From: Octopus bimaculoides
Taxonomy: Eukaryota
Assembly (NCBI RefSeq): GCF_001194135.2
Contig: NC_069000.1
Location: 6,500,582-6,564,581, forward strand
DNA length: 64,000 nucleotides
Reading direction: 5' to 3'
Shown here: positions 38,732-52,589 of the stretch, in pieces
Layout of the letters: each line of letters opens with the position of its first letter
Numbering within the stretch: position 1 is the first letter of the stretch
Position numbers and translations under genes: made by a program
Notes under the pieces: generated by a model
Seen by the model: the letters and a program-made list of their open reading frames with translations, nothing else
Told to the model about the DNA's origin: nothing
Databases searched by the model: none

Positions 38732-41080
38732 TATGTGACCTTGAGATTATGTTGGAATTTAATATTTCATTAAAGATTTTATTTCCAAATAAGGAAATGT
38801 TTACAATGAATTATTGAATAAATGTTTTTGTAAATTTTCTTTTGTTGTAGCATTCACTACACTTCCTCATCACCATCACTGTACCATCATTACTGCCACC
38901 ACCGGTATCATCATCATCATCATGACCACTATCATCGTCACCAACACCACCATTCCAATAATCCTTTCTATTATGGATACTATAAGGCCTGAAGTTTTGT
39001 AGGAGGGCACTAATTGATTACATTGACCCTGAAAGGATGAAAGGCAAAGGTGACCTCAGCATGATTTGAACTCAGAATGTAAAGACAGATGGATGAATTA
39101 CTGAAAAACCATTTTGACCAGCATGTTCGCGGTTCTGCTAACTCACCACCCACATCATGATTCTAATAACGTTATACTGAACCATCTCATTTGGGAGAGC
39201 CTCCCTCTTGAGAAGTTTGAGACGTGTGTCCTCCGCACAACACATTTCTTCCCATGTCTTCTTTGGTTTCTCCCTACTTCTCGTACTTTACACTGTCGGA
39301 GCAGAGACAGATCAGCTGGATCGGTGTTGATCTCTCGGAGTTGAAGTCAGGACGTAAGTTTTGCTGGACATGCCTATCAACACCGACACCAATACAAGCA
39401 TCACCGCCACCACTGCCACCACTGCCACCACTACTGACACATTCACCGATGGTATATCTACACTTACCTCCCACACCATCATTATCTATGACACCACCAA
39501 TACCTAGAGCTACATCAATGATTACAATATCACCACGGCCAACACCTACGCAAACACCATCAACACCACTACCACAAACAGCACAAAGACCTACCTCACT
39601 ATCACTACCTACACCATGACCACCACGACCACCAAGAAGAACGTTACACCAACACTACATCAACACCACCGTTGCAAACAACACCAACACTGACACCATC
39701 ATGACCACCAGCATCTACGACAACGCTACACCAACACATCTACAACAATACCGAATCAACAGCACTGACAAGGCTACACCACCACCACCACCACCTACAC
39801 CTCCGACAATAACAGCAACACCAATACCAAGAGTACAGACAGACTTTGAAAAATTAATCCTGTTTATCAGAAGAAAAATTTGAAATGTTTCAAGTTGAAA
39901 CTTAAGTTCTGAATAAATACACACATACACATAGATACATACATTCACACATGTATACACATTTACATACATCCTTACACGAATGGCCACACATTCGTAC
40001 TGATAAATATATCACACACACACGCACACCTCCTATACACACTGATTCCCCACACAGACACACACAAACATACATAAATAAATACATACCCTTACAGTCA
40101 TATCCACATTCATACAGACAAGCACATACACACACATCTCGCGCCGATCCCCCACAAGCATTACACCCATATGCTCACACTCACGCACACACACGTATGT
40201 GTGTAAAATAAATTTGAAACTGCAAGGTGGAGAGAGAGAGAGGGAGAGAGAAAGAGATGGAGAGAGAAAGAGAGATAAATACACAGTCAGATAGAAAGAC
40301 AGACAAGCAGACAGCCAGATAGAAATGTAAAGTAAATATAAAAATTTAACTCTGAATGTCTGGTCTGAAACACTGATATCACTATATAGGATATGTAACA
40401 CTAACTAGTGGTTTTATATGGCTGAGTCAGATAGAAGGAGGGCATATGCCACAATCCACCTCCAAAACAGGAGCGATAGAGATTTCATGAACATCTGTAA
40501 AGTAATTGAGTTGAAATGAATTGAGAGAGTGGCTGCTCATGAAGGGCATCATTGGGTATTATGGAGAGGAGAAACAACAGTATCGGTATGGGCAAACGAT
40601 ATCTCTTCATGTCTGTTTTTCTATTCTATTATGGATCAGATGAATATATTATTGAAGCATTACTTTTTTTTAAAGCTGGATATTTTTCCTGTTGCTAACC
40701 TTCACATTTTTCCCCCCAAATGGGTGAGTTTTTATTCCAGTTGTCTTTGAGAGTGCAGAGCCTTTCACTCTTTTGGGGGTTGATAAAATAAAGTACTCAA
40801 CAAACACTAGCATCGATGCAAAGTTGGCCATAGCAGAATTTGAACTCAGCCTAACGAGGCAGAAGAAATGCCTCTAAGCATTTTGTGCAACATGCAAACA
40901 GTTGCACCACCTTGTCACCTTAATAGTAATTAAAATAATTCTTTCTAGTATAGGCATAACAGCTGAAATTCAAGAGGAGGGATTAGTAAATGCCCTTTAT
41001 CCCCAGAACCTAATTGCTATTTTATTTTATCAAACCCAGAAGGATGAAAGACAATGTGAAACTCAGCTGGATTTGAACTC

Positions 41081-41158
41081 CAAATGTAAAAATGTAAATA
41101 AATGTAAAAATGTAAATAAATGTAAAAATGTAAATAAATGTAAAGATGTAAATAAAAA
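41081..41158. repeat. 18-bp tandem repeat, about four copies (aaatgtaaaaatgtaaat)
   Basis: Directly visible. Confidence 0.85.
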
Positions 41159-41338
41159 CCACGAGGGTAGTTTGTCAATACGAGGGTAGGTGAATGTTGC
41201 TACGTGTGGAATTTAAAGACATTTGTGGTAGTTATGGAATGTGTTCGTCTTCTCACCTGGAACTAGTACAACTAGAATGGTACCGTATTACATTGACAGT
41301 TGTAGCCTCACCTCTCTCTCTCTTAAACAACACATCTA

Positions 41339-41507
41339 TTAGACCACTAACACATATACAACCACATCCATAAGACCATTTGTGCATAAACATCCGCACC
41401 TGCAAGACCACTCATGCATATACAACCGCACCTGAAAGACCATTGATGCATATACAACCGTACACCTACAAGACCACTGCTGATACACGTACGACCATAC
41501 CTACAAG
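41339..41507. repeat. ~32-bp minisatellite, about five copies (aagaccactcatgcatatacaaccgcacctg)
   Basis: Directly visible imperfect tandem repeat. Confidence 0.8.
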
Positions 41508-42281
41508 ACTAGCGATTGGCTGCTATTTCTAGTTGATTGATCAACAACATAAAGATTTTCTCATTGGCTCGTCTGTTCATGGTCCACCATTTTATGTTTA
41601 TGATTCCCTGCATATTGTTAACTATTGTTCAGTTTTTATGTTTATGATTTTCTGTTCATTGTCTCATGTTATTCTTTGAATAAGTTCCGAGGTCAATTTG
41701 CTCAACTAAAGGCAGTGCTCCAGCATGGCCACAGTCAAATGACTGAAACAAGTAAAAGAGTATATATATAATCATCATTATCCTTTAATGTCCACATTCC
41801 AAGCTTGCATGTCTCAGTATTAAAGCAGCGTTTTACAGCTAAGATGCCTTTCCTGTCACCAAACCTTACCCGTTTCGAAGTAAGGTAGTATTTCCCCATG
41901 GCTGGACATGTTTTTCACGGAAGACTGGAAACAAAGAACACTGCTTGTATGATGGTGATGCACGTTTACAGCCACTGCATGATGTGAAGACAAGGGCACA
42001 CGCACAAATATACATATATGATGAGCTTCATTTGGTTTTCCATCTCGGAAATCCACTCAGGAGGCTTTGGTCAGCCCAGGTCCATAGCAGAAGACCACCT
42101 GCCCAAAATGTTGCATGGTGGAACTGAACCCAAGACCACCTGGTTGGGAAGCAAGCTTCTTAACCACACAGCCATACCTGCACCTCTGTACACATGCAGT
42201 GAACAGGGAGAGCCAGATGGGGAGGTAAGTGACCAATACAGTCAGACAGTCAGGTAGGCAAATGGATGGGAACACACACAC

Positions 42282-42319
<38 letters not shown>

Positions 42320-42444
42320 TGGACAGCTGTTTAGATGGCCAGAGAGTTGGTTGGTGGGATGGTCAGTCTGATGGATAGATAGGTAGATTGCAGGTCGTTG
42401 GCCTGACAGACAGACAGACAGACACAGAGGGAAGCTGATAGATC

Positions 42445-42486
<42 letters not shown>

Positions 42487-42928
42487 GAGAGAGAGAAGAA
42501 AGCAGACACACAGAGATTGGCAGTTAGAGAACCAGACAGCTGAAACGTGCACAGAAACACATGCACACACACACACACACAGATACAGATAGAAACATAG
42601 GCATTTGCACAGTATACAATGAACGTATATTGCCCATTCTTCTACCTATATATTCCAATCCCAGTAGAAGGGAAGGTCACACTGACCCAGCTTGGGTGCT
42701 GTATTAATGACTCTCTCTCTCTCTCTCTCTCTGCTGTTGAGTCAACATTGTTTTTTCACACACACACACAAACAATATAAAATATATTTGAATTTGACAA
42801 GTGGAAATAATACTCATTACTGAAATAATGTAATTATTCTGTGTGTTTGTGCATGTGTGTGTGTGCACACACACATATTTACATACACACACACATATAC
42901 ATATATGTACAGATGTATATACACATGC

Positions 42929-42971
<43 letters not shown>

Positions 42972-43274
42972 TAGATAGATATAGACCCACACAAACATGC
43001 ATGCGCACACATATACATATACACAGCGATGGGGAGGACAAACACAGACATATACACATATAGATATATTTACATATATATATATATATATATTAACATA
43101 TATATATATATATATATATCCGGCAGGCTTCTTTCAGTTTCTGTGCGCCACATCGCTCACAAGACTTTGGTCAGCCTGAAGCTATAGTAGAAAACACTTG
43201 CCCAAAGCGCCATGCAGTGGAACTGAACCCGGAACCATGTGGTCATGAAGCAAGCTTCTTACCACACTGCCACT

Positions 43275-43309
<35 letters not shown>

Positions 43310-44252
43310 NNNNNNNNNNNNNNNNNNNNNNNNNNNNNNNNNNNNNNNNGTGTGTGTGTGTGTGTGTGTAATGTATAAAAATGAAGTCAAATCAATGATA
43401 TTTTGGATGCATGTAACATGTAAATTTCAGACTTGGTTGCTATTTCTAGCAGGTTGAGTAATCTCGTAGAGGCTTCTTCACATTTATTCAGATAATGTTT
43501 TAGCATTTAAGCTAGCCATATCCAACCCAAATATCCCACCTGTTTGATGTTCAAATCAACCAGATCCAGCCTCTCACACATACTCAACAATGTCATTTTA
43601 AAAATAAACAATTACATCATTGAAATCTTTAAGCTACAAGATAATCCATAATTTATTCAAAGCAATGTGAATAAAATAAGCATCACATTTGACAGACTAA
43701 TCTGAATGCTTAAACGGTTAAAGACAGGATGAATGTGGCTTCTTGGTCCATAATAAGGAAACGGACAAACGAGTTCTTTGTTTAAGTGGCATAATGGTTC
43801 TGTAAAGGGTATTGAGTGCCTTCAATTAATTGACATAACACTAATTATGGGAATTTTTATTGCATCAAACAGAAAAGAATTACAGGTAAATAAGAAACGA
43901 TGCAGGACTTGGATTTTTTGACCCAGAGTCATGAGATACCACACTGGGGTACCCATGTAACGTTTTGGTCAAGTTCTCCACCCTCAGTTCTACCACCAAT
44001 ATCATTCATTATCATAATCATCATCACCACCATTTTAATCTTTTCCATGCTCGTGTAAGTTGGACACAATTTGTTGAGAGGGGTTTTTTGCAGCTGGATG
44101 CCCTTCCTGATGCCAACCCTTATTTGTTTCCAAGTAAGGTAATATCTCTCCATAACTAGACATATTGTCACAGAAGATTGAAAATGAAGGCTTGCATGAC
44201 GGTGATATTTGCTTACAACTATCACGCAATGCCAAGGCAATGAAACAGTAAT

Positions 44253-44287
<35 letters not shown>

Positions 44288-46749
44288 CATGATGGGCTTC
44301 TTTTAGTTTCCATCTACTAAATCCACTCACAAGGCTTTGGTCAGCCAAGTGCTATAGTAGAAGTCACCTAAAGTGCCATATAATGGGACTGAACCCAGAA
44401 CCATGTGGTTGGGAAGCAAACTTCTTACCACTCAGCCATGTCTCCTTGGTCAAATTATTTCTATACCCCTCTACTACTGTCAAAACCTTTACATAATCAA
44501 ATTAGCTATCTACTCTCAGCACCACTGCCAATACAATTATGTAATTAAATAATAGAAAAGTAATTAACAAATAAAATGAGTTTTTAAGGAAATAAGAAAA
44601 CAAATATGTAAAGAATGAAAATATTTTGGGAAAACAACAAAAAAAAAAAATCTGAAGAAAAATTAAGAGAATATGAAAGCAAGGAAAGAAATCATTGTTG
44701 TTCTTGAGAGAATGAATTAATTTATAGTAATTAGTATAATCCTCGTTAAGCAGCCAGGAAGGATCAATGTCAGTTTTATGAAAGAATTGCTGAATTAACA
44801 AGAATAGTAAATACAACTTGAAACATTTACATGAACAGGTCGATCGGGATTAACAAAGATTATTAACGAAGGTAGAGAAGAATAGATCAATTAGCAGCAA
44901 GAATAGGCTTTTAACTTCTGTCTACGAGATAATTTAAGCTCAGTCAAGGTCATCAGGAACTGAGTGGTATTACAGAATATGACAACAAGTACACATAGTT
45001 TTCCATACCCCCACCACACTCACACAAACAAAGGACCACTGATCAGGCCTCTCGTCACCAAACTCTTTCACAGACAGTGACAGTTTGGAGGCCTTGATTC
45101 TTCCAGTGAGCGTTGCGACAATGCCTGGTGGGGTGGCAAGTTGTGTTAGTATGTGTAAACTGCTTCACATGTCTCTTTGAAGTGGTGGCATCAGAAACAA
45201 CAGGTGTTGCTGTTAAATTGATGACAGTTTTTAATCAATGCTTTTGGGGCAAACACAGGTAAAATTGTAGCTGTGGTAATGAACTGATCTACCAATTGTT
45301 TGTCTGTATAAGCATGCTGCTAGGATATTCATGCCTCTGCTAACTTACTCTGTGTGTGTGCCCAAATATTCTCCTTGCTTTATTTTCAAGCCATCCAGAT
45401 CCAACCTCTCACACATACCCCAACAATGTCATTATAAAAATAAACAATTTACATGATCAAAATCTCAGAGCTACGAGATAATTCCTGATTAATTCAAAAA
45501 TATGTGAATAAATAAGCATTACATTTAACAGAATAATCCTAATGCTTAAGGGTCAAACTAGCCATATCAAACCCAAATATTCCACCTATTATATGTTGCA
45601 AATGGCCAGATCTGGTCTTTTACACCTGCCCTACAATGTCATTCTAAAATAAACAATCAGAACATTGAAATCTTGAAATTACAAGATAATGCATAACTAA
45701 TTCACAACAATGTGAATAAATAAGCATAAATTTCACCGATAAATCTGAAAGTAAAAGGATTAAATCCATCTTAAACAAGGAAGTGCACACTTGATAAACT
45801 TGTCCTTCTGGGATGACAATGGTTTGAGCACAGGTCTGTATCACGAAGGTGCTATGCAGTGGGACTGAACTCGGTACCATGTGGTTGGTAAGCAAGCTTC
45901 TTATCACACAGCCATTCCTGTGCCTATATATATATATATATATATAAATGATTTTATATATATATATATGAAATCATTTAATATATACAATTTACAAAAG
46001 AGCTACTAATAGCTTCATGCTTTCGAGATAAAATAAGTTGGCAGATTTATAATATGCCATGTATCTGCAAAGTATGCAACTATTAGCAGCTCTTTTTAAA
46101 TAGTGTTCATTAAATGATTTTTATCTCTCACTGGATGGAGTACTTTTTTTGCTGATCCTATCTGTAACGGAACTGTAAACTATACATATATGTGTGTGTG
46201 TGTGTGTGTGTGTTTTTGTTGAGTTATAAGTTGCTGGATATTCGATAGAGACTAATACTCTTCGTGTGATTCTAACAAAGTATCAGAGTATGACATGCAT
46301 GTGCATGAGAAAGCTGGTTCCTTAAATTATGAATGCAGTGCATCTGTTGGGCTTCTGCATAGTTTCATCTACCCAGTTACACACACAAGACTTGAACTGT
46401 GAGCTGTGGCTAGTGTGTGTGTGTCTGTGTGTGTGTGTGTGTGTGCTTCCGAGTTCAGCCCTACTGTATGGCAACTTGAGCAAGCGTCTTCTACTATAGC
46501 CCTGGCTGATCAAAGCCTTGTGAGTGGATTTGGTAAACGGAAACTGAAAGAAGCCTGTCGTATATACATATATCTATATGAGTGGTTCTTTGTGTCTGTG
46601 TTTCTCCTCAACCACTGCTTGACAAACTAGTGTTTACATCCTTTTGACAAAAAGAAACTGAGAGAATAAATACCAAGCTTTAAAAAAAATATAAGTACTG
46701 GGTGGTGCCCTTGCAAGGTTGCTCAGTAAAAAAAAAAATAAAAGAAGTC

Positions 46750-47400
46750 AGGAAAATCCTGCTACCAGTAATATGTAACCCAATACCAATTGTTTTATGG
46801 TCGGGTGGTCATTGAGTGAACCAGTTACCCAACCTGGCTTGTCAGATGAGAAGGATGTTTGTGGACACTCTACAGGACTAAAAACAAGACCTGTCAAAGG
46901 ACGGATGAGATCGTTGTGAGCCAACAGCCAACTTACATTAGTGGCATCTTGTGAAAACATCCTGCATGTAGGCTGGCAAACCATACAGATGGTTCAAGAG
47001 CACAGCCACAAACACTTCAATAAAAGATATTGTGCTCTTAAGTTGGAGTCAATGTCCATAAGTGATGTGGCATAGAGGAAAGATATTTATAATGGCCAAG
47101 ACAAAGGCTGTCTACGGAGTAGGAGAGAGAGAGAGAGAGAGAGAGAATGTGTGTGTGTGTAAAGAGAGGATTAGATCAATGTTGAGCACAAGCTATTGCC
47201 ATCATTATGGACATTGAACAAAGTCAAGGTCAGCAACAGGTTAGTTTTTATATAGAAGTTGAAGGTCATGATGAAGGCAACACCAGAACAAACTACCAAG
47301 AGAAGAGAAAAGAAAACCTAATTCAAAAATTATCAGGGTTTAAGCAACAAAATCCTGGTGGTTCCGTACCCTAAGCAGAGTAAACTCCACCACCAGACAC
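46750..47400 (+). mobile_element. Old RTE-like remnant (5' UTR, start of endonuclease, probable 3' end)
   Basis: Degenerate similarity only: ...SISDVA.RK (GISEVRW-like) and ccaagagaagagaaaagaaaacc (PRGKRKRGRP-like). Confidence 0.4.
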
Positions 47401-48214
47401 ACACTCCTACTCAATGTGTTCTTTGATCAGTTTGGTCAGTAAAAAAGGATTTAACTCAACAAAGGAGATTGAAATGAAGGTTCACTATTGACCCAAGATA
47501 TGAAGTGTGACTGTGTTGCAAGAATATTGTGTCTTCAACCTCACGGTTCCGAGTTCAGTCCCATTGTGTGGTACCTTGACCAAGTGTCCTCTATTATAGC
47601 CCTGGGTCTACTAAAGCCATACCAGCTTGGAAAGTGGATGTTAAATGATGGTGGGCCCAAAATCTGTTTCAGCAATGAGTATGTCTGTTATTCAATAACT
47701 AGAATTACCTACTTGTTGAGTTAAAAGTGGTTGAGTATTCCACAAAAACTTGTACTCTTAATGTAATTCTAACAAAGAATCAGAGTATGAAGTGTGTCAA
47801 TGAGAAAGCTGGTACCTTAAATTACAAATGCAGTGCATCTGTTGGGCTTCTACATAGTTTCCATATTCCTTTCTCTTTCATTTATTCATTTCCTTTCTCT
47901 CTCTCTCTCTCTCTCTCGTTCATTTATTCCCTTTCTCTTCAACACAACCAATTACTCAAAACTTTTGTGTACGTATGTATGTGTGTGTGTGTGTTGTCTT
48001 CTTTTAATAAGGTCCACTTTTAAAGAAAGAGGGCTACACTACAGTTACCAAACTCTGGTCTTCACATCATTGCAAAGGGATTTCGTTAACAACTACAACA
48101 ACAATGTGACCACAGTGATTGTGCGCCTGGTATGATGAATAAATGGTATGTGAAGAGGGGGAGGGGGGAGGGGAGAGGAGGAGAGATTGGGGAAAGCGTG
48201 ATTGGAGTAGGGGG

Positions 48215-48246
<32 letters not shown>

Positions 48247-49029
48247 AAGGAAAGCAAAAGAAAAACAAGAAGAGAATTAGGAAGGAGTTAACTGGTGAAA
48301 GATGATTTGAAAAGATGAGGTTGAAAGAACGGAATGGAGAAGACAGAGAGAGAGATGATGTTGTATATATATTTAGCCTGGAAAATGTCTAAATTTAGAT
48401 ATCATAGCATGTATGTGTGTGTGTGTGAATATATGTGGGTGTGTATGAACATGAGAGAAAGAGCAAAAGAGAGTGGAGTTGGAGGGAGAGAGAGCTAGAT
48501 TCCTGAAGAGGAGTTCACTTCAAGTGGGGTGTCTAGTGAAATGTTTTAAAACAAAACTGAATAATAAATAGTCTTGTGAGGATATATAACCAGGATGTCA
48601 CTTGGCATTAGCAAACAAACAAATAAAACGAAACAAAACAAAAAACAAAACAGAAACAACCAGAAACAAAAAAAAAAATTAAATAAATAAATAAAACAAC
48701 AATGAACAGTGGTAGTGGTTGTTGTGGTGTTGTGTTTCGGTATTCAGAGAAACAAAGCCTCGCTCAGAAGTATTGTTTTTACATTACAAATGTTGGTGGT
48801 GGGTGAATACGGAACCGGAACCGTAGATGAGTGAATGAAGAAGCTTTACAGTCAGCCCAGTGTTCGTAACATGAATAAGGGAGGAGAAAATTGATACAGA
48901 GACACACAGGTATATACATGTATGTGTGTATATATACATGTGTATATGTGTGCGTGTGTGTGTGTATATATATATATATGTATATATATGTATATATATA
49001 TATATATGAAAGTAGATAATTTCCTTGGA

Positions 49030-49443
49030 TTCTTTTATCATTTACTGGTCTCAGTCATTAGACCACAGCCATGCTGGGGCACTGCCTTGAAGAATTTTTA
49101 GTCAAATAAATTGGCCCCAGTACAATTTTTTTTAAAAACCTGGTACTTACTCTATCAGTCTCTTTTGCCAAACTGCTAAGTTACCAAGATGTAAACACAC
49201 CAATACTGGTTGTCAAGCAGTGGTGGGGGGGGGGGGCACAACACAGACAAAGATACACATACATATCATTACAATGGGCTTCTTTCAGTTTCAGTCTACC
49301 AGATCCACCCACATGGCTCTGGTCGGTCCGAGACTGTAGTAGAAGACACTTGTCCAAAGTACGACACAGTGGGAGTGAACCCGGAATCATTATGGCTGGA
49401 AAGCAAGCTTCTTACCACACAGCCACCCACACCTACGCCTATT
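49030..49443 (-). mobile_element. SINE family A, full length; followed by a + copy at about 49460-49580
   Basis: Reverse complement of the family A sequence, ending at acgcctatta (head). Confidence 0.8.
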
Positions 49444-49737
49444 AAAGTGTTTATGTCAATCATAGCATGGCTGAGTGGTAAGAAGTTTGCTTCCCAACCA
49501 CATGGTTCTGGGTTCAATCCCATTGTGTGGCACCCTGGGCAAGTGTCTTCTACTATAGCCTTGGAAACTGAAAGAAGTCAGTCGTATATCATCACCAACA
49601 TCATTTAACATGCTGGCATGGATTGGTCGGTTTGACAGGAGCTGGCCAGCTAAAGAACTGTCCAAGTACCAATTGTCTGTTTTGGCATGATTTCTATGAC
49701 TGGATGTCCTACCTAACACACATACACACACACACAT

Positions 49738-50150
49738 TCCAGCCTTCATCAGGTGTCTTGGGGAAATTTCAAACCTGGGTTCTCATTTCTAAGGCATTTT
49801 CCAATATTATTATTATTCAGGTCACTGCCTGGAATCGAACTCGGAATCTTGGGGTTAGTAGCCCGTGCACTTAACGACTACACCATATGCCTGTGGGCAT
49901 ATGGCATAGTGGTTAAGAGCGTGAGCTACAACCTCAAGATTCCGAGTTCAATTCCAAGTAATGACCTGAATAATAATAATAATAACAACAACATCGAAAA
50001 ATACCTTGGAAATGAGAACCCAGGCTCAAAATTTTCCCCAAGACACCTGATGAAGGCTGAAGGGTATATCAGCCAAAACATTGTGTTAACAACAAACAAG
50101 ATGAGGACAAATATCTGTCAAATGTAAATAATGTAAATAATGTAAATAAT
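49738..50150. mobile_element. Fold-back element: two head-to-head tRNA-like units, with a hammerhead motif (50042-50087, +) and an (AATGTAAAT)n tail on the right arm
   Basis: Arms 49738-49891 and 49896-50060 are reverse complements around ccatatgcc-tgtg-ggcatatgg. Each arm has an A box (TGGCATAGTGG on the right) and a B box (GAGTTCRATTCC). The right arm ends in gacac-CTGATGA-a-GGCTGA agggtata TCAGCC-aAAAC-aTT-gtgtt. Confidence 0.8.
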
Positions 50151-50496
50151 TAAAGGGTTTCGGTTAGAATGCCGTTGATCACGGGTCTGCTAGATTAGGT
50201 TTGAATGAGAGCTAAACGACAAGGAAGAGCTAAACTTAAATATAGTCCGAGATAGACTGTGCTTAAATAGAAGATGGGATGGTCACAGCCGGAATGTCGT
50301 TAGTCATTGGTCAGCTGAACCAGGGCTGACCTAGGTTAGAGCAATGAGGAAGGAGACGTTAGATAATAATAATAATCCTAGTTACAGTATGTTTGAATTA
50401 AAAAAAAATGGGATGGTCACAACTGGAATGTCGTTAGTCATGGATCAAGGTTGACCTAGAATGAAAGGACAACAAGGAAGGACACCTTAGTTAATA

Positions 50497-50952
50497 GAAA
50501 GAAGAAGAAGTTGAAGAAAGTGGAAGAAGAAGAAGGAGGAGGAGGAGGAGGAGAAGAAGAAGAAGAAGAGGAAGAGTTGAAGAAAGTGGAAGAAGAAGAA
50601 GAAGAATGGAGAAGAAGAAGAAAAGTGGAAGAAGAAGAAGGAGGAGAAGAAGAAGAAGAGGAAGAAGTTGAAGAAAGTGGAAGAAGGAGAAGAAGAAGAA
50701 TGGAGAAGAAGAAGAATGGAGAAGAAGAAGAAGAAGAAGAAGTGGAAGAAGAACAAGAAGAAGAAGAATGAAGAAGAAGTGGAAGAAGAAGAATAAGAAG
50801 GAAGAAGAAGAAAGAGAAGAAAGAGAAGAAGAAGAAGAAGAAGAAGTGGAAGAAGAAGGAGAAGAAGAAGAAAGAAGAAGAAAGAGAAGAAGAAGAAGAA
50901 GAAGAAGAAGTGGAAGAAGAAGGAGAAGAAGAAGAAAGAGAAGAAGAAAGAG

Positions 50953-50983
<31 letters not shown>

Positions 50984-51210
50984 GGAAGAAGAAGGAGAAG
51001 AAGAAGTAGAAGAAGTGGAAGAAGAAGGAGAAGAAGAAGAAGTGGAAGAAGAATTAAAACGAATGAAGAAGAATGAGGAAGCAGAATGAGAAAGGAGGAG
51101 GAGGAAAAAGAAAAAGAATGAAAAAGAAGTGGAGGAGATGAGGAAGAAGGAAGGAAGAGAAGAGGAGGAGAAAGAAGAGGAGAAATGAGGGAGAAAAAGA
51201 AGAATGTGGT
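50497..51210 (+). repeat. ~700-bp GAA/GGA/GTGGAA polypurine tract
   Basis: Directly visible; source of the spurious poly-E/R/S/F ORFs. Confidence 0.95.
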
Positions 51211-51469
51211 GGTGGTGGATAAAGAAATCTAACAATGTTGGTACTGAAACAATTATCAGGAAGAATCTCTTCTTGGAGGAATACAGTAATGGTGGTTGTC
51301 TGCTGCTACTATGGCCTGTCTGCCTGCCTGCCTGCCCCAGCTAGCAGTGATGGCAGTGGTGGTGGTGTTGGCGTCGGTACTAATAGTTGAGGTTATGTTG
51401 GTTCACACAGTTCACACTTACAATATTGGCAGCTCTGACCCTCTCTCTCTCCATACACACATACATATA

Positions 51470-51733
51470 TTTGGCAGACGGAAACTGAAAGAAGCCTGCT
51501 GTATATGTGTGTGTGTGTTTGTGTGGGTCTGCGTCTGTCCCCACCCCCCACACACCATCATCACTTGACAACCAATGCTGGTGTGTTTACGTCCCCGGAA
51601 ATTAGCGGTTCGGCAAAAGAGACCGATAGAATAAGCACGAGGCTTACAAAAGAATAAGTCCTGGGGTCGATTTGTCCGACTAAAGGCAGCGCTCCAGCAA
51701 GGCCACAGTCAAATGACTGAAACAAATAAAAGA

Positions 51734-51773
<40 letters not shown>

Positions 51774-52160
51774 GGGGCAGTTGTGTGGTAAGAAGCTTGC
51801 TTCCCAACCACATGGTCCCACTGTGTGGCACCTTGGGCAAGTGTCTTCTACTATATCCTGGGCCAACCAAAGCCTTTTGAGTAAACTTGGTAGATGGAAA
51901 CTGAAAGAAGCCCATTGTATATGTGTGTGTGTGTAGGTGGGTGTGGGTGTGAAGGGTATCTGTGTCTGTGTTTGTCCCCCACCAACTACCACTTGACAAG
52001 CGGTGTTGGTGTGTTTGCATCCCCATAACCTAGCAGTTCAGCAAAAGTGACCGATAAAGTAAGTACCAGGCTTTAAAAAAGAACTACTGGGGTTGATTCA
52101 TTGAACTAAAAATTCCGGACAGTGCTCCAGCATGGCCACAGTCTGAAACATGTAAAAGAT
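51470..52160 (+). mobile_element. Two tandem family A SINEs (51470-51735 and 51775-52160); further copies at about 20900, 23690, 29695, 37800, 42030(-), 43120(-), 44290(-), 45800(-), 46405, 47500 and 58370
   Basis: Recurrent family A head, body and tail sequence. Confidence 0.8.
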
Positions 52161-52469
52161 CTCTCTCTCTCACTCCAGCAGTGCTGAGTTTAATATCAAT
52201 GTTGAGTAAAATAGAGTTTAATAGTAGCATTGAGTATAACAGCACTGAGTCAATTGCTGTGTTGAGTATAATAAAGTAGAATAATTTCTAATTTAAGCAC
52301 AAGGAGGCCAGTATGGAGGGCTGTATTCAGATAAAATGACCCCAGTATTTCTCTGGTATTTATTTTGCGAATTCCAGATCCAAAAATCAAGAGTGAAACT
52401 GTGTTACTTAACCTGTCTCAATATATACATACACACACACACATATATTTAGGTACATATGTATATGTG

Positions 52470-52507
<38 letters not shown>

Positions 52508-52589
52508 TATACATATACATACCTAAATATAAATGTACACATTCACACACACGTATGCATGTATACACAAACACATACTATTAATTGAA

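Noticed and set aside
39224-39830. Pro/Thr-rich mucin-like ORFs
   Set aside because: Degenerate (ACC/ACA)n low complexity without splice signals.
45041-45100. Bulged hairpin (aggcct and ccaaact/agtttgg stems)
   Set aside because: Short stems with a large bulge, within chance expectation; no snoRNA boxes.
48500-48530. CTGAAGA followed by a short hairpin; similar at about 7330 and 36170
   Set aside because: No GAAA or cleavage triplet in register.
49896-49970. tRNA-like heads here and in other SINEs as real tRNA genes
   Set aside because: No acceptor stem and they continue into repeat bodies.
50456-51235. 259-aa S/F-rich and E/R-rich ORFs
   Set aside because: Translations of the GAA tract; no splice or domain evidence.
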